Part shown: piece after piece, positions 17,624 to 25,941 of the stretch
Layout of the letters: each line of letters opens with the position of its first letter
Position numbering within the stretch: position 1 is the first letter of the stretch
Source of the DNA: Acidobacteriota bacterium
Lineage (GTDB): Bacteria; Acidobacteriota; Thermoanaerobaculia; Multivoradales; JAHEKO01
Length of the DNA: 41,820 nucleotides
Assembly (NCBI GenBank): GCA_027296385.1
Contig: JAPUJD010000137.1
Span: forward strand, 1 to 41,820
Direction: 5' to 3'
Position numbers and translations under genes: made by a program
Notes under the pieces: model-generated
Seen by the model: only the letters and a program-made list of their open reading frames with translations
What the model was told of the DNA's origin: nothing
Databases searched by the model: none

Positions 17624-18085
17624 CTAAGGAGGAGCCGTCCGATCCAGGCGCGCCAAGCGCTCGAGTGCCGCGCTCCAGCGCCGGCGGTAGGTCTCCCACA
17701 CCGTCAGGCCCTGGGACAAGGGGAGGTGCTCGAATCCTCTCTGCAGCACGGAAATCTCGCACGCCTGACCGTCGGCGACGATTTCGATCTCGAGACGCGT
17801 GGCGGCGACCCAGGCTGGCTGCCGCAGCGTGGCGACGAGCAGGTGAGGTGGCTCGATCGCCAGGATCGTGCCCTGCTCGATCGAGTCCTCGCCGAGCTCG
17901 GCGCTGCCGCGCCATTCGAAGTCGCTCGCCACAGCGGCTGTCAGCCGAGCCTGGCGGCAAAGCCAATCTTCGAGGTGGCGGGGCTCGACCAGATAGTCCC
18001 AGGCGGTGGCGGCGCCTGCCGTCAGGGCTCGGCGACAACGCAGCTGGACGCCCGGTATGTCACCCTGGCGGATGGCCTCAACCAT
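17624..18085 (-). CDS. SRPBCC (AHSA1/START-like) superfamily protein
   Basis: 153 aa. Its size and pattern (..AWDYLVEPRHLEDWL.., C-terminal amphipathic helix) resemble AHSA1-type SRPBCC proteins. Overlaps the upstream gene by 8 nt. Confidence 0.55.
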   Translation of the reverse strand: MVEAIRQGDIPGVQLRCRRALTAGAATAWDYLVEPRHLEDWLCRQARLTAAVASDFEWRGSAELGEDSIEQGTILAIEPPHLLVATLRQPAWVAATRLEIEIVADGQACEISVLQRGFEHLPLSQGLTVWETYRRRWSAALERLARLDRTAPP

Positions 18086-18365
18086 CGTTCGACCGTTCTC
18101 GACGATAGACCGTGGTCTCTACCTCGAGCTTGTCGCCTGAGACGCCGAAGCTCTTGCGCTCCGATCCTCCGCGCTCGAGCAAGCCTTCGGCGTAGAGTGC
18201 CACCCGCTGATTGAGCCGTGGCGATCCGAGGTCACCGAGGGATTCGCCACCGCGCCAGACCAGGAGCCGGGCGCCGATCGGGCTCCCGGCCACGATCTGC
18301 GCCAAGGCCACCGCCTCGCCGGACTCCCGACAACGCCCGAGCTCGCGATCGATCTCGTCGGACAT
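18078..18365 (-). CDS. Stand-alone XdhC/CoxI N-terminal domain protein
   Basis: 95 aa. ..ESGEAVALAQIVAGSPIGARLLVWRGGESLGDLGSPRLNQRV.. matches the XdhC_CoxI N-domain pattern. The Rossmann-like XdhC C-terminal domain is absent. Confidence 0.65.
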   Translation of the reverse strand: MSDEIDRELGRCRESGEAVALAQIVAGSPIGARLLVWRGGESLGDLGSPRLNQRVALYAEGLLERGGSERKSFGVSGDKLEVETTVYRRERSNDG

Positions 18366-18366
18366 C

Positions 18367-19284
18367 CTACTGCGACCGACCGAGGAGATCGCGCAGGGCA
18401 GCCTCTACGGCGGGGAAACGGAAGGTGTAGCCGGCGGCGACGAGCGCGCTCGACAGCACCTTCTGACTGTTGAGCAGGAGCTCGGCCATCTCGCCCAGGG
18501 CCAGCTTCATGGCGAATGCCGGCGCCGGCACGAAGCTCGGACGGTGCAGGACGCGGCCGATGGCCCGCGACAGCGTACGGTTGGTGACGCACTCCGGAGC
18601 GGTGAGGTTGAAGACGCCGTTCGTATGCTCGGCGTCGAGCAAGAAGGCGATGGCACCGACCTCGTCAGCCAGGTGGATCCACGGCACCCATTGACGCCCG
18701 TTGCCCACCGGCCCGCCGCCGAAGAGCCTGAACGGCATCGCCATCCGGGGTAGCGCTCCGCCCTCCTTGGCCAGCACGACTCCCGTGCGCAACAGCACGC
18801 GGCGCACTCCGAGATCTTCCACTGGGCTACCGGCGGCCTCCCAGTCGTAGCAGACGTCGGCTAGAAACCCTTCCCCGACGTCGGACGATTCATCCAGCTC
18901 CTCGTCGCCGCGCGACCCGTAGTAGCCAACCGCAGAGCCCTGGAGCAGGACGCTCGGCCGCTTGCCCACCCGGGCGAAGGCCTCGACGAGGGCCGCCGTC
19001 GATCGTGTGCGGCTCTCCCGGATGAGCTCCTTGCGCTCGGCTGTCCAGCGTCGGGCAGCGATGCCCTCACCCGCCAAGTGCACCACGGCGTGGGCACCCG
19101 CGAGCACGGGAACGAGACTGGTGACCGTCTCGCCATCCCACTTGACGAGGCCAACGCCCGCCGGCCAGTCGGCGCTGCGCCTTGGACGCCGGCTGGTGAC
19201 GATCACCTCGTCGCCGCGAGCGTCGAGGTACATTGTCAGCGCCCGTCCGATCAGGCCTGTTCCGCCGGTGACTATGACTCGCAT
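18367..19284 (-). CDS. TIGR01777/YfcH-like NAD-binding epimerase-family protein (SDR fold + DUF1731)
   Basis: 305 aa. Begins MRVIVTGGTGLIGRAL. The C-terminal segment ..LLNSQKVLSSALVAAGYTFRFPAVEAALRDLL is typical of the DUF1731 tail. Confidence 0.85.
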   Translation of the reverse strand: MRVIVTGGTGLIGRALTMYLDARGDEVIVTSRRPRRSADWPAGVGLVKWDGETVTSLVPVLAGAHAVVHLAGEGIAARRWTAERKELIRESRTRSTAALVEAFARVGKRPSVLLQGSAVGYYGSRGDEELDESSDVGEGFLADVCYDWEAAGSPVEDLGVRRVLLRTGVVLAKEGGALPRMAMPFRLFGGGPVGNGRQWVPWIHLADEVGAIAFLLDAEHTNGVFNLTAPECVTNRTLSRAIGRVLHRPSFVPAPAFAMKLALGEMAELLLNSQKVLSSALVAAGYTFRFPAVEAALRDLLGRSQ

Positions 19285-19313
19285 CGATCCCCCGTCCAGC
19301 CGCCATTCTACTC

Positions 19314-21056
19314 TCAGACCACGGCGAGCTCGTCCTCGAGCTGCTGCCGACCGAAGAGATCGGCATAGATTCCCTGCTCGATCTCGAGAAGCTCCTCGTG
19401 CGATCCGCGCTCCGCGATGCGGCCGTGCTCGAGAACCACGATCTGGTCGGCGTGGCGGGCGGTCGAGAGGCGGTGCGAGACCAGAATCACCGTCCGGTCA
19501 GAGAACTCCTGGCGCAGGCTGTCGAGAATGCGCTCTTCGGTTTCGGTGTCGACCGCCGAGAGACTGTCGTCGAGGAGCAGGATCCGGGGGCGGCGCAGCA
19601 GCGCGCGCGCCAGGGCCACGCGTTGCTTTTGGCCGCCGGAGAGCTTGATCCCGCGCTCTCCGACCGGGGTGTCCAGCCCCTGCGGAAAGTCCTCGAGGTC
19701 CGCTGCCAGACCAGCCGCGGCGGCAGCCGCGAGGACATCGTCCACCGACGCCTCGGGGCGGCCGAGGGCGATATTCTCGCTCACCGAGGCCGAGAACAGG
19801 ATCGTCTCCTGGGGCACGGCGGCGATCGCCTGGCGCAGGCTGGCCAGGGGCAGCGCGCGGACATCGTGGCCATCGATGAATACGGTCCCCGCGGGCGGCT
19901 GCAGCAGCCGCGGTATCAGCGACAAGAGAGTGCTCTTGCCGCTGCCGGTGCGACCGACCTGAGCCAGCGTGGTGCCGGCCGGCACGTCGAGGGTGATGTC
20001 GCGCAGGACGGTAGACTCGGAGGCGTAGCTGAAGTCGAGGTGGTCGAAGCGCACCGCCCCTTCGAGCACGGCGACGGGCGCCGCGGTCTGCTCGTCGCGG
20101 ATTTCCGGCACCGTCCGCAGCACCTCGAGAATGCGGCCCAAAGACGCGCTGCCGCGCTGCGCCAGGTTGATCACCCAGCCGATGGCGATCATCGGCCACA
20201 CCAGCCGGGAGAGGAAGAAGTTGAAGGTCACGAACTCCCCAACCGTAAGCTCTTCGGCCATGACCAATCGACCGCCGTACCAGAGCACTGCCACGAAACC
20301 GATTCCGACCAGCAACTGGAGCAGAGGGCGGAACGCCGAGTCCCAGTGAATCAACCGGCTGCTGCGGCGCACGTACTCCTCGTTGGCGCGCACGAACTGA
20401 GCGATCTCGCTCTGTTCTCGCGCGTAGGCGCGCACGACCCGAACGCCGGCGAGGTTCTCCTGCACCCGCGTCGACAGCGCCGCGAACTGCTCCTGGACCC
20501 GTTCGAAGAGGCCGTGGATCCGGTCGCCGAAGAACCTGGTGCTGAAAGCGACGAGCGGCATCGTCGCCAGAGCCAGCAGGGTCAAGCGGCCGTGTAGATG
20601 CGTCATGAAGGCGAGCGCCCCTACCGCCGTGAAGATCGTGCTGCCGCTGTACATGATCGCCGGCCCGCAGACCATCCTCACCGCCTGTAGGTCGTTGGTG
20701 CCCCGCGCCATCAGGTCGCCGGTGTGACTGCGCTGGTAGAAAGATAGCGGCAGCTCGAGGAGACGGCCGAAGTACTCCTGCCGCAGGTCGTATTCGACGT
20801 CGCGCGAGAGCGCCACCAGGGTCATGCGCTGGGCGAAGCTGAGCAAGCCCTGGAGAGCGGCGACGCCGACCAAAACGACGCCGTAGACCATCAAGAGACG
20901 CGGCGACACGGCCTCGCTCAGAGCATCGACCGCGCGACCGACCACCACCGGGTGCACGAGCCCGACCATCGCCATGGCGAAGTTCGCGCTGATGCCGAGG
21001 ACGAGCTTGGCGGGATGACGCAGCAAGTACTGCCGCAGGGCCGCGAGGTTGCTCAT
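19314..21056 (-). CDS. ABC exporter, fused permease/ATPase (MsbA/MdlB-type half transporter)
   Basis: 580 aa. N-terminal 6-TM ABC_membrane domain. Walker A GRTGSGKST, signature LSGGQKQR, Walker B ILLLDD. 4-nt overlap with trmB. Confidence 0.92.
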   Translation of the reverse strand: MSNLAALRQYLLRHPAKLVLGISANFAMAMVGLVHPVVVGRAVDALSEAVSPRLLMVYGVVLVGVAALQGLLSFAQRMTLVALSRDVEYDLRQEYFGRLLELPLSFYQRSHTGDLMARGTNDLQAVRMVCGPAIMYSGSTIFTAVGALAFMTHLHGRLTLLALATMPLVAFSTRFFGDRIHGLFERVQEQFAALSTRVQENLAGVRVVRAYAREQSEIAQFVRANEEYVRRSSRLIHWDSAFRPLLQLLVGIGFVAVLWYGGRLVMAEELTVGEFVTFNFFLSRLVWPMIAIGWVINLAQRGSASLGRILEVLRTVPEIRDEQTAAPVAVLEGAVRFDHLDFSYASESTVLRDITLDVPAGTTLAQVGRTGSGKSTLLSLIPRLLQPPAGTVFIDGHDVRALPLASLRQAIAAVPQETILFSASVSENIALGRPEASVDDVLAAAAAAGLAADLEDFPQGLDTPVGERGIKLSGGQKQRVALARALLRRPRILLLDDSLSAVDTETEERILDSLRQEFSDRTVILVSHRLSTARHADQIVVLEHGRIAERGSHEELLEIEQGIYADLFGRQQLEDELAVV

Positions 21057-21757
21057 GCGCCGTCGGACCCAGGCTCCGGCTCGACTTCCTTGGCGGCGGC
21101 AATGATGCCGGCCCGACCCGCGGGATGCAGCAGAGCGACCTCATGGGTCAGGCGCCGCCGTGCGATCAATCTGATGATCGGTCGCCCCTCGGTCACGAAC
21201 TTGGCCTCGTAGTTGGTGCGGGCGCCGTCGGGCCAGAGCTGGTCGACGATCTCGAGGTCGACTGCCGGATGGGCTGCCAAGAGCTCACGGACGGCGGCTC
21301 CGTAGTCGAGAAAGTCGCTGGCGAAGTACAGGCTGCCGCCAGGGCGCAGCAGGCCGAGCGGCAGATCGACGGTCAGCGGGTCGAAGAGCCGCCGCTTTTG
21401 ATGCCGGCCCTTCGGCCATGGGTCGGGGAAATAGACGTGCACCGCTTCGGCCCAGCCGGCGCCGAGTACCGCCGCCATCAGATAGATCGCCTCGCCCCGG
21501 ATCAGGGCAAGGTTGGTGAGACCCTTCTCGGACGCCCGATCACGGGCCAGGCGGTAGTACTGAGAGGCGACCTCGACCCCGAGGAAGCGAAGCTGCCGAT
21601 GCTCTCCGGCCCGTCGCACCAGGTAGCGCCCCTTGCCGAAGCCTAGCTCCACCTCCCAGTGGCCAACTCCCTTCACCAGCTCGTCCCGCCGCAGCGGCGC
21701 CGGCAGCTCCCGCAGGTCGCGCTCGGCACCGCCGGCCCACACTATCGTCGGCCGCAT
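21053..21757 (-). CDS. trmB: tRNA (guanine46-N7)-methyltransferase
   Basis: 234 aa. EVELGFGKG and the FPDPWPKGRHQKRRL motif are characteristic of TrmB. Confidence 0.9.
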   Translation of the reverse strand: MRPTIVWAGGAERDLRELPAPLRRDELVKGVGHWEVELGFGKGRYLVRRAGEHRQLRFLGVEVASQYYRLARDRASEKGLTNLALIRGEAIYLMAAVLGAGWAEAVHVYFPDPWPKGRHQKRRLFDPLTVDLPLGLLRPGGSLYFASDFLDYGAAVRELLAAHPAVDLEIVDQLWPDGARTNYEAKFVTEGRPIIRLIARRRLTHEVALLHPAGRAGIIAAAKEVEPEPGSDGA

Positions 21758-22804
21758 CTACAGAAGCTCGTCGCGCTGGGCGGCGGACAACGCCTCGACG
21801 AAGCGCTGGACCTCCTGAGCGCGCTCCTTCGGCAGCACCACCACCGTGTCGGCCGTGCGCACCACGATCAGACCGGAGACGCCCAGGACAGCGATCTGAC
21901 CCTCCGCGGCCCACAGGAGATTGTCCGCCGCGTCCAGGCTGAGAACGTCTCCGTGGCTGGTATTGCTGGCCTCGTCGCGCACCAGGATCTCGCCCAACGA
22001 AGCCCATGAGCCCAGATCGCTCCAGCCGCAATCGAGCGGCAGCGTGGCAAGATCCTCGAGGCGCTCCATCACCGCGTAGTCGATCGAGATCGACGGCAGC
22101 TCGCCGTAGAGCTCGGCGGTGCGCTCGGGAGCCGCCGCGATCGCCTCCAGCCCCGCGCCAATGACCGGCTCGAGGCGGGCCAGGTGGGCCAGCAGAGTGG
22201 AGCCACGGAAGACGAAGATGCCGGCATTCCAGAGGTAGTCGCCTGACTCGACGAAGCGCTCGGCTGCCGCCCGGTCGGGCTTCTCGGTGAAGCGCCTCAC
22301 GCGACGCAGACCGGCTTCGGGGTCGAGAACGGAACCGAGCTCGAGATACCCGTAGCCCGTCTCTACCCGACTCGGGGTGACTCCCAGGGTCATGACCCGG
22401 TCATCCCGCGCGACCACGCTGGCGGCGCTTTCGAGCGCCGCGCGGAAGCCGGCAGCATTCTCGACGCGATGATCGGCCGGCAAGACAGCGACCACGCCGC
22501 CCTGCATCGCTACCGGCATCAAACGCAGCGCCCACCCGATCGCCGGCGCCGTGTTGCGGGCGGTCGGTTCGGCCAGCACTTGCTCGGGCGGTACTTCCGG
22601 CAACTGGTGCCGCACCTCTGCGGCCAAGGCTTCGGTGGTCGACACCCAGACGTCGCCGGGCTCGATGAGAGGCCGCTGGCGATCGACGGTCGTCTGCAAC
22701 AGACTGCGGCCGCCCTCGAGAGCGAGGAATTGCTTGGGGAAAGATCGCCGGCTGAGCGGCCAGAACCTGGTGCCGCTGCCCCCGGCGAGAATCAGTGCTT
22801 GCAT
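21758..22804 (-). CDS. manC: Mannose-1-phosphate guanylyltransferase (nucleotidyltransferase domain only)
   Basis: The track ORF 21758..22996 is trimmed to the ATG at 22804 (MQALILAGGSGTRFWPLSRR..PKQF), with GGAG upstream. Its stop abuts the trmB start. Confidence 0.88.
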   Translation of the reverse strand: MQALILAGGSGTRFWPLSRRSFPKQFLALEGGRSLLQTTVDRQRPLIEPGDVWVSTTEALAAEVRHQLPEVPPEQVLAEPTARNTAPAIGWALRLMPVAMQGGVVAVLPADHRVENAAGFRAALESAASVVARDDRVMTLGVTPSRVETGYGYLELGSVLDPEAGLRRVRRFTEKPDRAAAERFVESGDYLWNAGIFVFRGSTLLAHLARLEPVIGAGLEAIAAAPERTAELYGELPSISIDYAVMERLEDLATLPLDCGWSDLGSWASLGEILVRDEASNTSHGDVLSLDAADNLLWAAEGQIAVLGVSGLIVVRTADTVVVLPKERAQEVQRFVEALSAAQRDELL

Positions 22805-22877
22805 TGATGAGAGCTCCGGCTGCCTCAGTGGGCCACCCAGCGTATCAGGGGTTCCTGTGCTGCTATCCTGAAGCTCG

Positions 22878-23054
22878 ATGGACGGCGCCAAGGAGAAGCC
22901 CCCAGAGCCGTCGACCCCGGCCTGCGTCAGCGCACCCGAGAAACTGATGCGCACTTGCCCAATCTGCGGACGGGAGCTCGCCGAGCGCAAGTGCAAGCTC
23001 TACTGCCCTGATTCGCGCTGTGGCTACTTCCTTTCCTGCTCCGATTTCTACTGA
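22878..23054 (+). CDS. Small Cys-rich zinc-ribbon protein (58 aa; alternative 35-aa form from ATG 22947), absent from the ORF track
   Basis: My own translation gives MDGAKEKPPEPSTPACVSAPEKLMRTCPICGRELAERKCKLYCPDSRCGYFLSCSDFY*. CPxC plus further Cys knuckles. Third codon positions are strongly G/C, as in flanking genes. It fills an otherwise empty 362-nt gap. The SD is weak for both candidate starts. Confidence 0.5.
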   Translation: MDGAKEKPPEPSTPACVSAPEKLMRTCPICGRELAERKCKLYCPDSRCGYFLSCSDFY

Positions 23055-23166
23055 GCAGCGCTCTCACGTAGGCGTCGAGCTGGTTCTCACCAGCGGCGCC
23101 ACGCCAGCGAAAGCAGACGACGCAGCTCTCCGTTGGCAATGTCGCCCGGCATGGGCTCGCCGCGCT

Positions 23167-24240
23167 CTACTTGCCGCGGTCGCGCGCCAGCTCTTCGTCG
23201 ACGATCTCCGCCAGCTGCTCGTAGGGGACTGCGCCGTTGACGAAGCGTCCGTTGAGGAACATCGCCGGAGTCCCGGTGACTCCCGCTGCCGCACCGGCCG
23301 CGACGTCGGCCGCGACCTCGGGTGCGAAGTCGTCACCGTCGAGGCAACTGTTGAACTGTTCGGTATCGAGACCGAGCCGGGCCGCCTTCTCCTTGAGCTG
23401 ATCGACGCCGAGGCTCTTTTGCTCGTCGAACATGGCGTCGTGCATCTCCCAGAACTTGCCCTGGTCGTTGGCGCACAGCGAAGCCTCGGCCGCCTTCTGG
23501 GCCCGCGGGTGGATGCTGTTGAGCGGGAATTGGCGAAAGACCAGGCGCACGGAGTCACCGTAGTTCTCCATCACCTGGTCCAGTGAGGGGAGCACGCGTG
23601 AGCAGTAAGGACACTCGAAGTCCGAGAACTCGACGATCGTCACCGGGGCATCGGCCGGACCCTTGTGCGGGTAACCCTCAGACGCCACCGCGATGCGTGG
23701 CGGCAGGAGGTAGCGCTCGACGCCGTACTTGCCCTCGAGCGTGGCGATCATCGTCTGGCGGAGCTTGCTGCTGCGCTGCTGGCGCAGGTACTTCTTGATC
23801 TGCTCCGCCACCTGCTCCTTCGGCGCCCGCATCTGATCCTTGCGCCCCTCGTAGAAGGCGTCGACCTCCGCCTGGCTGATCTCGGCAACGTTGGCGTCGA
23901 CCTCGACCTCGATCAACTCCTCGACCGTCATGTCGCGGGCGGCGGCCTCGAGCTCGATCAGCCGATCAGAGACGGCGTTGTTGAGCCCCTGCTGCAGGGC
24001 TTGGTAACGCTGGCTGGCGATCCTGACCATCTCGGCCGCGACTCGCTCCTCGACCTCTCTGGCGGTGATTTCCGTCTCACCGACGCGGGCGAGAATCTCG
24101 GCCGCCGGGGCTGAATCGTCGCCTTTCTCGGCGAGAACGGGGTCTCCGGCGAGGCCCCAGAAGGCGATGATGAGGGCACAGACGAAGATCCCCAGGAAGA
24201 GTGCCCAGGGGACGAGCTGCTGACGATTGAGTGAGAGCAT
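23167..24240 (-). CDS. Membrane-anchored DsbA-family thiol:disulfide oxidoreductase with SurA-N/PpiD-like helical N-domain
   Basis: 357 aa. N-terminal TM helix. Chaperone-like helical region (..ISQAEVDAFYEGRKDQM..QIKKYLRQQR..). Thioredoxin fold with the FSDFECPYCSR active site. AAGGAG SD. Confidence 0.85.
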   Translation of the reverse strand: MLSLNRQQLVPWALFLGIFVCALIIAFWGLAGDPVLAEKGDDSAPAAEILARVGETEITAREVEERVAAEMVRIASQRYQALQQGLNNAVSDRLIELEAAARDMTVEELIEVEVDANVAEISQAEVDAFYEGRKDQMRAPKEQVAEQIKKYLRQQRSSKLRQTMIATLEGKYGVERYLLPPRIAVASEGYPHKGPADAPVTIVEFSDFECPYCSRVLPSLDQVMENYGDSVRLVFRQFPLNSIHPRAQKAAEASLCANDQGKFWEMHDAMFDEQKSLGVDQLKEKAARLGLDTEQFNSCLDGDDFAPEVAADVAAGAAAGVTGTPAMFLNGRFVNGAVPYEQLAEIVDEELARDRGK

Positions 24241-24280
24241 GGCGCGCTCCTTGGAGAATGGCTTGCAGCCGACCTAGCCT

Positions 24281-24368
24281 GCGGTGGGCGCGGATCATAT
24301 CCGGTCTCGGAGTTCGACTCCAGCTCTCGCCGCTCAACCCCACCGCGAAACGGGAGCGCCCTTGGCGC
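24281..24368 (-). other. Nested inverted repeats in holB-dsbA-like intergenic region (possible leader/terminator RNA structure)
   Basis: An 8-bp closing stem GCGGTGGG (24281..24288) pairs with CCCACCGC (24339..24346). It encloses the hairpins CGGAT-CAT-ATCCG (24291..24303) and GGAG-TTCGA-CTCC (24309..24321). A further GCGCC-CTT-GGCGC hairpin (24356..24368) lies just after the holB stop. Confidence 0.3.
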
Positions 24369-24379
24369 GCCCCACTCTC

Positions 24380-25180
24380 TCAGCCTAGCGCCAGGTGCTT
24401 GACCACCAGACCCTCGACGATGCGTTTGGCGGTGATGCCGCGCAAGCGCAGCGATCGCCCTTCGAGGAGCTCCTCCGCCAATGCCAGGAGCGCCCGCCGA
24501 GGGACCGCCCCGGGCTCGTCGATCGCCCGGCGGACGGCGGCGGCTGCCACTGTCCAGGGTTCGCCGGCTCGCGGGTCTCGCCAGTCACTCGCTTCGTGCA
24601 GCGCCGTAGCTGCCGCCAGGAGGTCGATCGAAGAGCCGGACTCGCGGTGGGCGGCGATCGCTACAGCGAATCCGGCGGCGATCTCGTCCACCGCCTCCCC
24701 TTCGGGCCGCGGCGCCGCGCCGAGGTAGATCGCCAAAGACCGGCTGCGCAAGGTGGGCAAGAGATCGAACTGCGACGGCGCGAGGAGGAAGAAGTGGCGC
24801 GGCGCCGTCAGGTGTGGCTCTTCCAGGCTCTTGAGCAGGGCGTTGGCCGCTTCGCCGCTGAGGCTATCGGCCGCGGCAACGACGAAGACCTGCCCGCGAG
24901 CCTCGAACGGCGCCATCTGGGCTCCGCGAAGCAGTGTCTTGACGGCCTCGACCGAGGTCACGGTCTTGAGGTCCCGCTGCAGCACCTGAAAGTCGGGGTG
25001 AAAGAGGGCGCTCGAGTCCGGCCAGTGTAGGCGCCGGCAGTGCTTGCACTCGGCAGCTGGGTCCTCGCCCGGGCGCTCGCACAACAAGCGACGCGCGAGA
25101 TCGACGACGGCCTCACCGCGAGCGTCCGCCTCCCGGCCGTGCACGATGACAGAGGGGTAGAGCCGGCCACGGTCGGCCAT
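24380..25180 (-). CDS. holB: DNA polymerase III subunit delta-prime
   Basis: The track ORF 24380..25774 is trimmed to the ATG at 25180 (MADRGRLYPSVIVHG). An alternative GTG at 25204 would overlap the tmk stop. Zinc module C..CKHCRR, box VFVVAAADSLSGEAANALLKSLEEP, and LPTLRSRS. tmk-holB synteny. Confidence 0.85.
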   Translation of the reverse strand: MADRGRLYPSVIVHGREADARGEAVVDLARRLLCERPGEDPAAECKHCRRLHWPDSSALFHPDFQVLQRDLKTVTSVEAVKTLLRGAQMAPFEARGQVFVVAAADSLSGEAANALLKSLEEPHLTAPRHFFLLAPSQFDLLPTLRSRSLAIYLGAAPRPEGEAVDEIAAGFAVAIAAHRESGSSIDLLAAATALHEASDWRDPRAGEPWTVAAAAVRRAIDEPGAVPRRALLALAEELLEGRSLRLRGITAKRIVEGLVVKHLALG

Positions 25181-25200
25181 CGAGCGCGCCGCGGCGAGAT

Positions 25201-25848
25201 TCACGCGACCGCTTCCACGAGCTCCGCCAGCACCTCTTCCAGCTGGCGGGCAGTCTCCTCGACCGAGCCCGCCGAATCGATCACCCGAAAGCGCTCCGGC
25301 TCCGCCGCGGCAAGATCCAGATAGCCAGCGCGCACCCGCTCGTAGAACTCGAGCTCTTCGGTATCGAGGCGATTGACCCCGCCCTGCCTGGACCGCCGGC
25401 CGTCGCAATGGCTGCGAGCCCGGGCCAGCTCGGCCGGTAGATCGAACAGCAGAGTGCGATCGGGTCGCCGAGCGCCCGTCGCCCACAGATCGAGCTCCCT
25501 CAACCGCTCCAGGGATTCCCCGCGGCCGCTGCCCTGGTAGGCGAGCGTCGAATCGGTGAAACGGTCGCACAGGACCCACTGGCCGGCCGCCAGTGCCGGG
25601 TCGATTACTTCCAGCAGGTGCTGGCGGCGTGCGGCAAACACCATCAGGGCCTCGACACCGCCGTCCGGACGTGTCCACGCCCCTTCGAGAAAAACCTGCC
25701 GCACGGCCTGGCCGAGATGCGTGCCACCCGGCTCGCGCGAACAGACCACACCAAAGTGGCGCTGCCTCAACCACCCCTCGGCGTGGCGCAGATGAGTGCT
25801 CTTGCCGCTACCATCAAGGCCCTCGAAGGTAATGAGTCTCCCCGTCAT
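25201..25848 (-). CDS. tmk: Thymidylate kinase
   Basis: 215 aa. P-loop ITFEGLDGSGKST, then CDRFTDSTLAYQG and a LID region. Confidence 0.93.
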   Translation of the reverse strand: MTGRLITFEGLDGSGKSTHLRHAEGWLRQRHFGVVCSREPGGTHLGQAVRQVFLEGAWTRPDGGVEALMVFAARRQHLLEVIDPALAAGQWVLCDRFTDSTLAYQGSGRGESLERLRELDLWATGARRPDRTLLFDLPAELARARSHCDGRRSRQGGVNRLDTEELEFYERVRAGYLDLAAAEPERFRVIDSAGSVEETARQLEEVLAELVEAVA

Positions 25849-25941
25849 CGTCCGCCTATGGTAGCGCCCCGAAGGTTACGTTAGGATTCATGCCTCGGGC
25901 ACTCCCCCGTTCCGCCTCCTTCACTCCGCGACCAACAGACC

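Noticed and set aside
19498-21144. Long same-strand alternate-frame ORFs: 548 aa here, plus 6444..7448, 13934..14926, 25890..27014, 30000..31355, 36080..36946, 40305..41603 and 24380..25774 upstream of 25180.
   Set aside because: These are Arg/Pro/Gly-rich +1/-1 frame shadows of well-supported genes (ABC exporter, pilN/pilM, tgt, pntA, pilR, moeA, tmk). They have no independent start signals or motifs.
24281-24346. Possible tRNA or tRNA fragment, suggested by GGAGTTCGACTCC and an 8-bp acceptor-like stem.
   Set aside because: Only about 50 nt lie between the stem strands. The T-arm-like hairpin has a 4-bp stem and a 5-nt loop and is not adjacent to the 3' stem strand. No D-arm or anticodon arm can be drawn on either strand. 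I kept it only as a generic structured element.
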